This document shows positions 52,661 to 64,000 of a stretch of 64,000 nt of DNA, one piece after another (the first letter of the stretch is position 1; each line of letters begins with the position of its first letter). Source of the stretch: Callorhinchus milii (lineage: Eukaryota). The notes under the pieces are model-generated. The model saw nothing but the letters and a program-made list of their open reading frames with translations, did not search any database and was not told the origin of the DNA. The stretch covers positions 75,704,001 to 75,768,000 of the forward strand of contig NW_024704743.1 in the NCBI RefSeq assembly GCF_018977255.1, in the 5' to 3' direction. The translations under genes were made by a program, and so were the position numbers.

Positions 52661-53559
52661 AACTCTATATAATCACAGAATTTTACTGTACAGAACCAGG
52701 CCATTCTTCCCAATACGTTCACCCTAGTATTTCTCTACAAATGAACAAGGTCCATTAAAGTCAGTTTTATGTTCAAAAGAAAAAGAATTGGGGGGTAGGG
52801 AAGGGTCTATTTTTTGTCGAAAACCTGGAGAGAAGGGTGTTGGGGGGGAGGGGGGGGGGATGGAATTTAACACAAATCAACCTGAGTAAATTTGGTTAAA
52901 ATCTGGATTTATTTGGAACATTGAAAGAAAGTCAAGAAATTAACAAACTGCTATTTTACTGCTAAACACAGTCACATGTACAGCAAACAGACAATTATCT
53001 GTGTGCACAAGATTACTATGGATGCTTATATTGCTTTATTAGTAACCTCAAACATCGATCTGCACAACTGGATTCACAAATTGATGCACGGGCATTCCCA
53101 CAAATGAATACAACTGACACTTAAAATGATTGGTTGGATCAGTTTTTATAAGTCAAATTTAGAAGAGTTTCTTACTGATTGACTTTCACCAAACAAAAGC
53201 AGTGCTAAAAATTGATTTAAAAATGGACTTTAATGGTCCTTGCAAATGAGTCATCTGGTCTAAACCTACTCTCCTGCTTGCTCTCCCATATCCTATAATT
53301 TATCTTCACAGAAACCGAGAAAGTTACTTACGAACTGTTACTTTCAGTTTCCTGCTTAACAGTTCCCGTGACCTTCGGAATGAATGCTCAGTCAGGAGCA
53401 CATGCAGCCTGGTTATCATTTCACTTCTTTTCATATTTAAATTGGCTTGCTATTTATCATGTTATGGGAGAGGTGGCTGTGCTTGCTTCTTTTGTCCTGC
53501 CGAACCCTGAAGGTTGTTCTCTTGCTGGGTTACAGTTCAACTGTATCTACTGTTTCATA

Positions 53560-54058
53560 AAATCCAATTAATTCAAAACTCTGCAGCCCATATCCTCACC
53601 TGTACTAAACTGCATCCCCATCATCCCAGTCTTTGCCAGGCTCCACTGGCTCCCTATTGCAGAACAGATCAATTTCAAGTTACTCAAACTCACATACAAA
53701 TGACTTCATACCCTGGCACCTCCCTACCTCTCCGACTGGCTTGCCCCCCACTCTTCTACCCATCCCCTTTCCTCAGTGGCCTCCTGCACATCCCTCATCC
53801 ATGGTTCTCCTCCAATAACGCCAATGTCTTCAGCTGCTTCCCCTTAAACTCTGGAACTCTCTGCCTCAATCCCTCCACCTTGCCCCCTCTTTACCTACCT
53901 TTGGATCGCACCTGATGACCTTCCTCTTTGACCATGTCTATGGTCACCTCCCCAATCTCCCTGGCACTGTGTCAAGCTCTACCAATGTGAAATGCTCAGA
54001 GATGCCACCCAACATGAAGAGTGCTATACAAATATACAAATGCAAGCTGTTGTTGGTG
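53560..54058 (+). mobile_element. Older L2 3' region
   Basis: KIQLIQNSAAHILT, LHWLP and ctctggaactc; tail aaatgcaagctgttgttg. Confidence 0.8.
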
Positions 54059-54129
54059 TACAGGTGCCAATCACCTCTGGACCTCAGCCACATCATTCTT
54101 CACATGCAAACCTGTGAGAGGTATCACAA

Positions 54130-54695
54130 CTCTGCTCCTGGCTTTGATGTGATGACTGTATGGATGAGTGTTTCGGCGGCCTGAGGGCTGAAGCAGTTGT
54201 GGTGTCGGGGCGATGTTGCGGAGATGGAGAAGGCAGAGTGGGTCATGGCACGAATGTGGGGTCGAAAGGATAGTTGAGGGTCAAACAAGACCCCAAGGTT
54301 CCACACTGGGTCAGTGAGGTGGAGTGTGCATCCCTGGATGGTGATGCTATCAGCGCCCAAAGTGTAGAAGCGCTGACGGGAGCCAATCAGGAGAGGCTCG
54401 GTCTTGTTGATGTTCAACTGTAGAAAGTTAGCTCTCATCCAGGACTTGATGTCTGACAGACATTCTGTCAGGACAGCAGTGGTCCTGGAGTCAAGGGTGG
54501 AGGCAGAGAGATAGAGTTGGGTGTCATCCGCATACATGTGGATGTTGACCTCATGTCTGCGGATGATGTCACCGAGAGGGAGTATATAGATATTGAAGAG
54601 TACAGAGCCCTGAGGAACGCCGCACAAGATGGTGCGGGTGCTAGAGGAGAAGCAGTTTGTGGAGATGAAGTGGAGATGGTGTGAGAGGTAGGAGC
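54130..54695 (-). mobile_element. L2 RT core fragment
   Basis: CGVPQGSVLF..YILPLGDII..HMYADDTQLY..WMRANFLQLNINKTE..NLGVLFD (ORF 54124..54627). Confidence 0.92.
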
Positions 54696-54699
54696 TAAA

Positions 54700-54958
54700 T
54701 CAACAATAACAACAACTTGCACTTATATGATGCCCTCCATGCAGGGTAGCATCTCAAAGCGCTTAACAGTGGTGGAGCCTGACTCCGAGCTGGGGAGAGG
54801 AGGGAGGTGGACGTAAGCACAGTCGAAGAGGAAAGTTTTCAGGCGGGACCTGAAAGAGGGGAGAGAGGGGGCAAGGCAGAGGGATTGAGGGAGAGGGTTC
54901 CAGAGTTTGGGGGGCGTAGTGGCTGAAAGGACGACCTCCGATGGTGGGGGACTTGATG
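54700..54958 (-). mobile_element. L2 3' end of another subfamily
   Basis: (CAA)n on +, and rc SPTIGGRPFSHYAP..LWNPLPQSL. Confidence 0.8.
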
Positions 54959-55007
54959 ACAGTGTTACAATCTTCGACCAATTTATAGCTCCTTCATTAA
55001 GAAACAG

Positions 55008-55110
55008 CGGTTGGACATCAGGTGAGGGCAAGATTAAATAGGCTGTGATGCCAACTGGGAAAATAGCCCATTGATACTCACTGCAAGACTCACACCATGA
55101 AAAATAGCCA
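55008..55110 (+). mobile_element. AmnSINE2-like 3' fragment
   Basis: ggacatcaggtgagggcaagatt...ggctgtgatgcc...aatagccc...actcactg...ctcacac.atgaaaaatagccatttaagtgaggtacc. Confidence 0.55.
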
Positions 55111-55719
55111 TTTAAGTGAGGTACCAGCATTTGTAGAAAGAATGAAAACACATCTTCAGGGTATGACATATATCTGAAGAATATGTACCTAGTTATGAAT
55201 CTTAGTGTTGAATAAGCACATCGTTCATTATATTAAATGTTTTTATCTATGTTGTATTACTCTTATTCTTAAATTATTCTTTAACAGAGCTGTGTAGTCA
55301 GACTCTAATATATAGGTCTAATTAAATGTAACTGTTGTTCACAGACAAAATCAATACATCTGTTGCACTTCAGTGCATCTAATATTGAGGAAACAAGTGT
55401 GTACACAACTGCATAGCCATCTGATCTGTTTCATTCTATTAGTTATTCCCAGTGCCTGGAATGCACTCTTTCCCTGGGGCACTCACACTGCTTACCTAAC
55501 TTAAGAGTGTTAGGCATAAGTCAACCAGCTAAACCTTTATAGCTTGCCATTGAGAGAGCACTGTTTGGCAATTACCCCACTGATGGTCCAGGTAGAACCA
55601 CCCTACCCATTAGTGCTTGCATGGTTAACAGGAGGTGAGTGGGAGGATTCCCTGTTCCTTTTGACTGGTCTTCCCCTCCAAGTCTTGCCTGATGAGACAG
55701 GCTGGGTGAACTGTCACAA

Positions 55720-56072
55720 GCAGTACATGTGCATGAATATTAAGTGAGCACTAGATCAGGCTCAGCTGTGATGATAATAATATAATAATAATATCATAAT
55801 CCTTGCATTTGATATAGCGCCTCATCATCTTTTGAGACGTCTCAAAACGCTTTACAGAATATACTGTAAAGTGAATTGACTCTATATTTTGTGGGAGAAA
55901 TGCAGCAGTAAGTTACGCACAGTAGTGTCCCACAATTAGCCGTGGATTAAGTGACAACTTTATTATTATTATTTTTGATACCCTCTATGGTTGAATAGCT
56001 TTCTGATTCTCACCATCCCGGCTCAGACAGGAAAAACAGCCACTTAGGCAATGCCCCAGAGGCCGGCACAGT
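55720..56072 (+). mobile_element. AmnSINE2-like fragment split by a minus-strand SINE tail (about 55775-55975)
   Basis: gatcaggctcagctgtgat | insert | gataccctctatggttgaatagc...ctcac...ggctcagacagg; possible TGATA duplication. Confidence 0.55.
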
Positions 56073-57439
56073 TCACAAGAGCAAATTAAAGCATGACTTG
56101 TGTCCTTCAGGGAAGCAGTTGCAACAGGGAGCAAAAAGCTGGGGGAAAAAAATCTAAAAATATTTTCATTCAAACAGCTTTTGCAGCTGGCTATTATATC
56201 AAAAAGATAAAAATATGTTTAAAAAAAGGGTAATGCAGGAACTACTGGGATCTGATATTTCCACTGCTTGAAAACCTCAAGCAAATGGTCAGAAAGAGCA
56301 TCTTTTCATTAGAGGTGATTTTTTTAACATCGAACAGTCCATAATTCCTACATATAAAAAGATGTCAGATACTGCAGGAGTCTGCAATAATTATACTCTA
56401 AGACACGTATGTCAAAATAATCCTTCCATTTGAAATAGTGTCTTGCACATTGGGAGCATGTCTTAAAGCACTTCACAGGATACACTGTAAAAAGACTGTA
56501 TTTTGTAGGTGAGCGGGACAGTCAATTTACTCACAGCAATAACCCACAAACAGTGATGAATTTTATCTGGAGAATTGTTGGTCAGGAAACCAGGAGAAAC
56601 TCACTACTCTTTTTGAATAGTGTCATCCGCCTAAACAGGCAAACAATACCTTAAAATAATAAATAGTAACCCATGCATTTGATATAGTGCCTCAAAGTGA
56701 TTCACAGGATATACTGTAAAGTGTAGTGACTGTACTTTGGGGGCCCAATACAGCAATTAAACAATTAAACCTTATCCAAAAGACAGAAAACAAAAGTAGA
56801 TAAAAGGTGAATAGTGTAACATAACTATATACACCAGGATAGAAATATTTACAGAATAACATCCTCTTTATACAACAAAACTTTATTGCAACAAACTCTA
56901 GCCCCCACATGTTAAAGGCAAGTCTCACTTAGACCAAGCTCTCCAATTGCTCCTTATTCACAGACTTTATTTTGTTCCAAAAATATATCTCTTCTAAGGG
57001 AGTTAATAGTTCTTCCTCTCAACCAGTCCACCACCTTGCTCTTAAAGGGGTGCTTGAAGTGTTCCACTGTGGGAGAGGTGCTTTTGTGACCATTAGCTGG
57101 TGTTCCAGTTGAAGGCTAGCAAAGGTCCCCACTGAAATAGGACTGCCGAGATCCAAGACTCCTCCCGGGTCCTTCGGTCATTTTGTGCTGGTTATGAAGG
57201 TCTGTACAATGGGGCCTAGAGTGCTCCTTCCACCCAGACCTTGACCAGACTGGCAAACCATTTGATTGGTCTGGCCCACTCCCCCAAGTGTACTATAGCA
57301 TTGTGGTGAATGAAAGGAGTTGAGGCCACAACAATAACCACTTGAAACTTATTTAGCGCCCTTCACGTTGGATAGAGTCTCAGAGTGCTGAAACAACTGA
57401 CATACTGTTCATTCTTACTTCATGAAGGATACTATGGCC

Positions 57440-57897
57440 TTGGGAGGGATGAAAAGGGATGATATCAAGAATGAAGGGTTTGAGTTATGAGCAGAGATTG
57501 AAGAAGTTGTGTCTGTTTGCTTTGAAGCAGTGAAGGTTGAGAGGGGACCTGATAGAGGTGTACAAAATTATGAGGGTAAATAGAGAGAAGTTATTTCCAC
57601 TCTAAAGGAGTTACTGACTCAGGTCATAAATATAAGACAGTCAGAAGAAGAGTGAAGGAAAATCTTAGAAGCATTGTTTTCAATCTGAGTTGTTGGGATG
57701 TGGAATGCCCTACCAAGAAAGATGATAGAGCATTGTAGATTTCAATAGGGAAGTAGACAGGTATATGAAGGATAAAGGCTTGAAGGGGTATGGGATAGGA
57801 TAGGGCAGGAGGACTGAACAGACAGCTTGCTCTGAGTGCCTGTGCAGTCCTTGATGGGCCGAATTGCCTCCTTCTGCACTGTAAATTTCTATGGTTT
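57440..57897 (+). mobile_element. CR1 3' region
   Basis: aggttgagaggggacctgatagaggtgtacaaaattatgaggg...tggaatgccctacc...gatgggccgaattgcctccttctgcactgtaaatttctatg. Confidence 0.8.
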
Positions 57898-60800
57898 TAA
57901 CATTTGGGTTTCATTTTCAAATGTATCAGGAGCTATGAGAGAACAAATGCAGATCTAATTTAATATATAGCTATTTCCTTTCAGACAAGAGGCTCCAGAG
58001 ACACAGACTCAATTTCTCATTAATGGGAAACTCAAGTAATAATCTGCCAAATTCAGGGATTTGTTACTTGGCACGATTGGGGAAGGGACGGGGGAGTCGA
58101 TTATTTTTCATCTTAGTCTATGGTTCAAACGGGAACCATAGGGAGCATTGGCAGAACCTTTATCGTGTCACCTATTTTTAAATTTGAGCCACAAGCACAA
58201 TAAGAGCCTCCTGTGTTCCAGCTCCACTCACTGTAGCTGCTGACAAAAGATTTGTTAAATCCTGAACAAACAACCCGCCCCATCTTCAGCTGAGATAATC
58301 TTTCCGGCCTCACCAGAGCATGACTGGAAGACAAGAAAAGTGGCCCTTAATGATGGCTACAATCCACTGGGTGGACAATTGAATCTGCAGCAACTAAGAA
58401 CAGAAGTAGAAAATTAGCAAAACAGCAAGTAATGGAGCTGTTGCCAATGTTAATTCACTGAAGAGGAATTTAGTCCTGGTCCTCTGGACAAAGGCCAGGC
58501 AAAGATAACACTCTGCTAGCAGCCCACTAGCAGAGCAAAGCTTATGTTCGCCCACAAAACACACAATCACATGGCACAGTCACAAATTGCACTGTCACTT
58601 TACGGTATATCCTGTGAAGGATTATTGAGATGTTCTATCGATCTGAAAGGTGTTATATCAAATGTAAGGATTGTAAGGATTATTATATATAAGGTTGAAC
58701 AATACAATTTTTCATAAATATTGAACATTTTATGGATGCCCTTTCTAAAGACTTCCCACAGGTGTGCACCAACACCCTTCTCCGCTCCCCCAGGACTTCA
58801 TCACAATTGAAGACTTCAAAAATGTCATGTTCCAGTTACTGTTTCATTCCAGTCAAAGGATTCAGTCCAATTCTTTGTTTGAGATGTTTTTCTAAAATGG
58901 AGGGGCCACTCTGAGGGGATGGGGGCAGGCACAGACCCCTCACAGCTATTTAGTGCTAAGCATTACAAGCCTGCTACTGTTAATCCATTGTGCTGTGAAT
59001 GTTTTGAAGAGCATTTCCCCAGTACTAGTGCTAATACTCATGCTAATACTCATCAAGATTCCAGATATTAAAGAAATCACCAAAGCAAAGTAGTAGATGT
59101 CTAGTATTCCTTGCAAGAGCTTATCCAGGTACTACTTGCTGTCGTCAGGACAAGAATGACACAAAGAACAGATTAAAGGCACAAAAAGTGAAGTGCTGCT
59201 ACTGAATATTACATTTTTAATAAATCAATGGTAATGCATTTTTTTGTTAATTACTGTATGATGGACCAGGCAGCATTGCTTCATTAAGAAAGGAAAAAAA
59301 AGTAGTTACAGCTGTAACTTAAAATAGTCACTCGTGTGCAGCACCCCGAGGAATGGTGGTGGCAATGAATCGTCAATGAGGACTATTCGTGATGCAATCT
59401 TTGTGCATCACTTTAGTCAAAGGGAAAGAGGAGGGCAGGTGGCTTAGCACTGGGTTAAAATGCTATAAATCATTCTCTTTGCATTAACAAATTGTGGTCA
59501 ACATTACACTGAAGTATTGAAGGCATGTGGATCCCTCCAGGGAGAGAGTGTGCATTCCATTCCAGTCTGAGTTATCTAGATATTAAACTGATATTCAGAG
59601 TCAGTAAATTAATCAGTGCTCTATAAAGATTTTGATTTTTAATTTATTTGCACAAGCTTATAATGTGCATCATCTCTGATGTTTTTGTAACATACAGCCA
59701 CATCTGCATTTTATAGCATCACTGCATTACACATATGATGACACTGGGTTTTGCTTGTGTGCAGTGGAAGATTTGTAAAATCATAGACTGCCACTAGAGG
59801 CTAATGTGAAAGGATATTTTTGAGATTCCTCATGTTCGACCATAGTAAACTAGTGAGACAGTGTGAGCTGTCAAATAACCTCATCTATCTGGGAAGTGGT
59901 ATTACTGACATCATCAAAATCCAACTGAACCAAAAGTAGATATATTTAACAAAGAAGACTTCAGTAACTTAGCTACAAACATAGAACCCATAAACACTAT
60001 TCTCAATGAATTATATAGCAACCAAAATAAAAAATATCCAAGTATTAAGAACATCCATGCATAAATTATTGCGAGTGGGGCTTTAACCCACAACCTTGTT
60101 TCCCAGAGATACTGAAAACTGAACTAAGCTGACATTTCCTAATGAAAAATTCTCAATACACTCTGCCAACCCTATTTGCTGTTTACAGTGCTAAAATATA
60201 TGCAATTTCTATTTCAAATTGACAAAATGTCAGTCTCTCTGAAAGTGTAATTTTCTTCCTGTTGTTATTCCAGTCTAAATTTTAACCAACAGTAGGAAAA
60301 CCGCCACCAATGAGATTTTGTTTAAAAGGTCAGGCGGCACTTGAATGTGACATCTAATTCATCCATTATCAGTCTCTCTCAACCCTGCTCTTAAGAGCCG
60401 AGATGGGAAATCTCAGACCCTAATGGCAATGGAGTTTATATTGAACCATTTCGATGGGAAAGTCAATGAGAGGCAATTTAATGAAAGTAGTTCAGTCCAA
60501 CTGCCTGCTTCCACACAATAGATAAGCTGTCCTTTAAAAATAAAGGCTGCATTGCAAGAATATAGTCAATGAAAGATAAACAGAGATGGAAGATTATTGA
60601 GAAAACGTCGCTTTTTAAACTGAAGATGATTCACATGGTTGACTCTTTTAAATCTGCAACCTTTATGAAATAGAGTGCTTAGAGGAGATTTCAGATTTAA
60701 TAAATTTGGGTTTTTTGTTGATTTACAGCAGATTTTTGATTTTTTTTCCTCATAATAATATAAGAATAATCCTTACATTTGAAACAGCTCTCCTGATGTA

Positions 60801-60909
60801 ATTGCAAATCAATAAACCAGCAAAGGTATTTAAAATATAGTTGCGTAAATCCAGAGATCAAAGGTGCCTCAACATGCTTTTCAGAATTTACTCTGACAAG
60901 TTGCTGCAT

Positions 60910-61240
60910 TGTTGACTTTGTATTTGTTGGGTAAACGACAGCCAATGTCTCACAGACAGCCATGAAGTGAATAACCAATTTTATGTGGAGGATTGTTGGC
61001 CAGGACATTGGGAGAAACTCCCTTCTCTTTTTGAGTGGTGACATGGGGATCTTTAACGTGCATTTGAAAAGGCAGACAAGACCTTGGTTTAAAGTCTCAT
61101 CTGAAGAATGGTACCTCAAACAGCGCTTAACCGAACAGTGGAGTGTCAGCCAATGTTATAGCCTCAAAGTTCTGCCAGGGACCTTAAACCCACAACCTTC
61201 TGACTCAGTGCTCAGAGTTTGCTATCAACTCAGATGGCAT
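60910..61240 (-). mobile_element. DeuSINE
   Basis: ttggccaggacattgggagaaactcccttctc...ccttggtttaaagtctcatctgaaga...ccttctgactcag. Confidence 0.75.
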
Positions 61241-61934
61241 CAAGTCCACATACCTTAGTAAACCTTAGTAAAGTTCCAGTGAAGGAGATTATTAAAAATG
61301 AGCAAAGGAACATGTAACTAATTTGGTGACTGGTAATCAGTTTCATCGCTCTCAATCTAATTGTTATTGCCTCAGCTCATCATTATATTGAGCCGAGCCT
61401 TACACTCTACTCTCTTCAATAACTGCTGCTCTCTGTGAGGCTGAAAGTTCAGATGATTTACTATTTATCCCTATTGACAGAACATCATACAGCTTGACAT
61501 GATGAAAACAAAACAAACCCAACAGATTGATTTTACAAAAACGTTTGATCTCTTTAGTGCCTGGATTTACACAATTACATTTTAAATACCCTTGCTCCTT
61601 TATTGATTTGCAATTACATCAGGAGAGGCAAAAAGCAGGGGCTTTGTAATTCTGAATTCGGATTAGCTTAACGTTTGCTGAAAATAAAAGTAGACAGGTG
61701 CAAAACGAACCCACCATTCTATGTAGAACATATTTACAACATTTTTATTAACTCTTTTCTTGATATTTTTGAAATGACTGTGCTACTGTGCCGATATTCT
61801 CAGCGGAAAGAAATGCTGGAATTCCACAAATGCTCACGTCAGCACCAACCACTCCCAGTACTGTCTTCCTCCCTTCAAATTCTGCTGTTAAATATGTTCA
61901 TTAAATATTTCAAAAACGGTGAATTAAGATTTGT

Positions 61935-62292
61935 TAAATAATAATTATCATTGCATTTGAGATAATGTCTTAACTAATCAATGAAATCCCTTAACAGTCT
62001 TATAGTGACTATGTGTAAGCAAACTCAGCAGTTAGTTTGTTCCACAAATAGCCATCAATTGAAGGACCAATTTTATCCAGAGGATTGTTTCCTTGGACAA
62101 CTCCCTTCTCATTTTTCAAATAGTGCTACGGGACCTTGGTTTAACGTTTCATTTGAAGGATGGCACTTGCGACAATGGAGTGCACCCCACAGCACTGTAT
62201 TGGAGCGTCAGCCTCGACTGGATGAACTCAAGATCATAACTTGTGGCATCTAATTGAGAGAAGAGAGTATCACCAACCGAGCCAGGTTGACA
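61935..62292 (-). mobile_element. DeuSINE, diverged
   Basis: Tail, core (gaccttggtttaacgtttcatttgaagga) and head (accaaccgagccagg). Confidence 0.7.
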
Positions 62293-63312
62293 TCGAAAAT
62301 CCACTAATAAAGCACTCACCTCAAATTTGATAGCGAGGAAGTTACAGTTCCGAGTATTATGATGTCAGATCTGACTTGGAGAGCAAGAGCTTCCCATTGA
62401 GCGATGGTCCCATGAGTTGGAGGTGTGGAATTTAAGCAGCAGCTACGTACCTCTCTGCAGGCTAATCGAGGTGGAGTCCAAGCACCGGAGGCACAAAAGC
62501 ATGTTCACAAACTTGGATTCCAGGTAACGCCTTCCAGCAGCTGTCGCCCCAAGCTTCAGGGTTTCCTCATGGTGGGAGGACTTTTACAGGACAGTTACTA
62601 TTATTGTATTGCAACATAAATAATGTGGAAGCCGGAAGTACGGTTGGACACTGCACTGAGTGCAGTTCAGCCAGGGCCAAGCACTATTTTCAAGTGTATT
62701 ATAAGGTTAAAGCAGACCTGCACCTCCAATTCTTAGTTTCTCAGTCAGATCAATGAGAGTGGCTGGCACCCAAAGATGCAAATCACTGTCCTCCTGTAAA
62801 TAAATTACTGTAGCTCGAATCTAACGTTGTACACTAGTTAACAAAATAACAATTACATAGTTGTATCTAGATCAGGGAATCCAGTAGTTGTAAATGAAAA
62901 TCAATATTCTTCAATCATGAATTGGTGATATCTTGGCCAAGACAGAAACAGAAGAAATTGTATAGAACATATACCAAATTCAAATGCCTAGATCTTGTCT
63001 CCCAGTTTATCCTGTTAGTTTCATTCACAAAAACATGGACCTGATTGAACAAGCAGATGCCCCTTACCCCTGAACTGTGGTATGCCAGATCGGAGAATGT
63101 ACCTTCATGAAATGTTTCCTTTTGGTGTATTATTGCTGCAAGTGATTTCTGCAGAAATGCCACTGATATTGTCAACCAGTGTTAATACATTCAGGTCTGG
63201 TGTTTGTGATTTGAAGAACCTCTGGGAAATCCAGCAAACCCTCAATGCCAGATTATATTAGATTACAAGCAACTCTAATGCATTTTAAGCCCCACTGAAA
63301 GACTATATGGAG

Positions 63313-63631
63313 TCTCAGCCCCCAGGCTCTGGAACTCCATCCCCCAGTGCCTTCGCCTTGCTTCCTCCCTTTCCTCCTTCAAGGCCGGTCTCAAAACCTT
63401 TCTCTTTGACCGTGCCTTCAGCTCCCCTCTCGACTCTCTTCCTCCTCCTCGCTCTCCCTTCCCTCCCCTCACCCTGACCATTTCCCCCTCCTCTCTCCCT
63501 CCCTTCCCTCCCCTCACCCTGACCATTTCCCCCCTGCTCGGGTCATGACCCAACTGTGCAGCGCCTTGGGACGTCCTCCTGACGTGAAAGGCGCTCTATA
63601 AATGGAATCTTGTTGTTGTTGTTGTTGTTGT
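63313..63631 (+). mobile_element. Young L2 3' end with an internal ~45-bp duplication
   Basis: Same family as 18838; hairpin and (TTG)n. Confidence 0.92.
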
Positions 63632-63864
63632 GTAATCTTAACAAAAGCCTTCTTGCAATAATGTTAACTCATGGAATACAGCTCCATATATAGCAATGTA
63701 CACATTGGTCTGTGTTTAAACATAAGCCATGGTTTCTTTACTTTGTTCTTTATGACACACAAATTCCTATGCATCTTATTCTATTAATATACATTCACCA
63801 ACTTCACAAGTTTCAGTTCCAACGTAAAGCTTCATTGAAAAAAACAACACTTCCATTATTGAGT

Positions 63865-64000
63865 TAGGAACATAGGAAAACAGGAACAGAAAGAGGCCAT
63901 TCAACCCCGTGAGCCTGTTCCAATTTATTAGATCTTGCCAGATCTTTTAATCTCAATGCACTGCCCTTTCACCATACCTCTTAATACCTCTACTTCTGCA
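63865..64000 (-). mobile_element. CR1-type 3' end
   Basis: catagga...aggccattcaaccccgtgagcctgttcc. Confidence 0.6.

Noticed and set aside
53326..53405. Minus-strand donor-like TTC|GTAAGT with a short open frame
   Set aside because: No in-frame ATG, no good acceptor and no PDE similarity; such hexamers are expected by chance.
63102..63148. Possible ~46-nt minus-strand exon (tttctgcag|...AAG|gtacat)
   Set aside because: Length is not a multiple of 3, the donor is weak and there is no homology.
34857..64000. Known PDE1C first exons or the RKYKKTSQR micro-exon
   Set aside because: Not found by eye. This intron is very long in other vertebrates, so they probably lie beyond the window, although a short exon could have been missed.

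Overview
Vertebrate genomic DNA, most likely a cartilaginous fish; a holocephalan such as the elephant shark is my inference from the repeat types. The window lies entirely inside a minus-strand Ca2+/calmodulin-dependent phosphodiesterase gene, best matching PDE1C. Seven internal coding exons (114, 183, 67, 117, 141, 101 and 129 nt; 852 nt) splice into one open frame with GT-AG boundaries, running from the regulatory region into the catalytic HD domain. The start and stop exons lie outside the window. The introns are dense with retroposons: young L2 LINE 3' ends, a 5'-complete and apparently single-ORF L2, CR1 remnants, old DeuSINE and AmnSINE2-like copies, a young chimeric tRNA-Ala/CORE-like/Deu SINE, and an unclassified repeat. 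The most notable observations are: (1) a SINE/L2 partnership with a compensatory base-pair change and loop switching in the shared 3' hairpin; (2) the mosaic SINE with visible intermediates; (3) a nucleotide-precise inverted L2 with a non-canonical layout; (4) a tail-less L2 fragment replacing part of a CR1; (5) inverted SINEs flanking in-frame exons; and (6) a CpG-rich candidate upstream exon. I found no prokaryote-type system (CRISPR etc.). Repeat boundaries are approximate, and family names come from recalled consensus features, not from searches.
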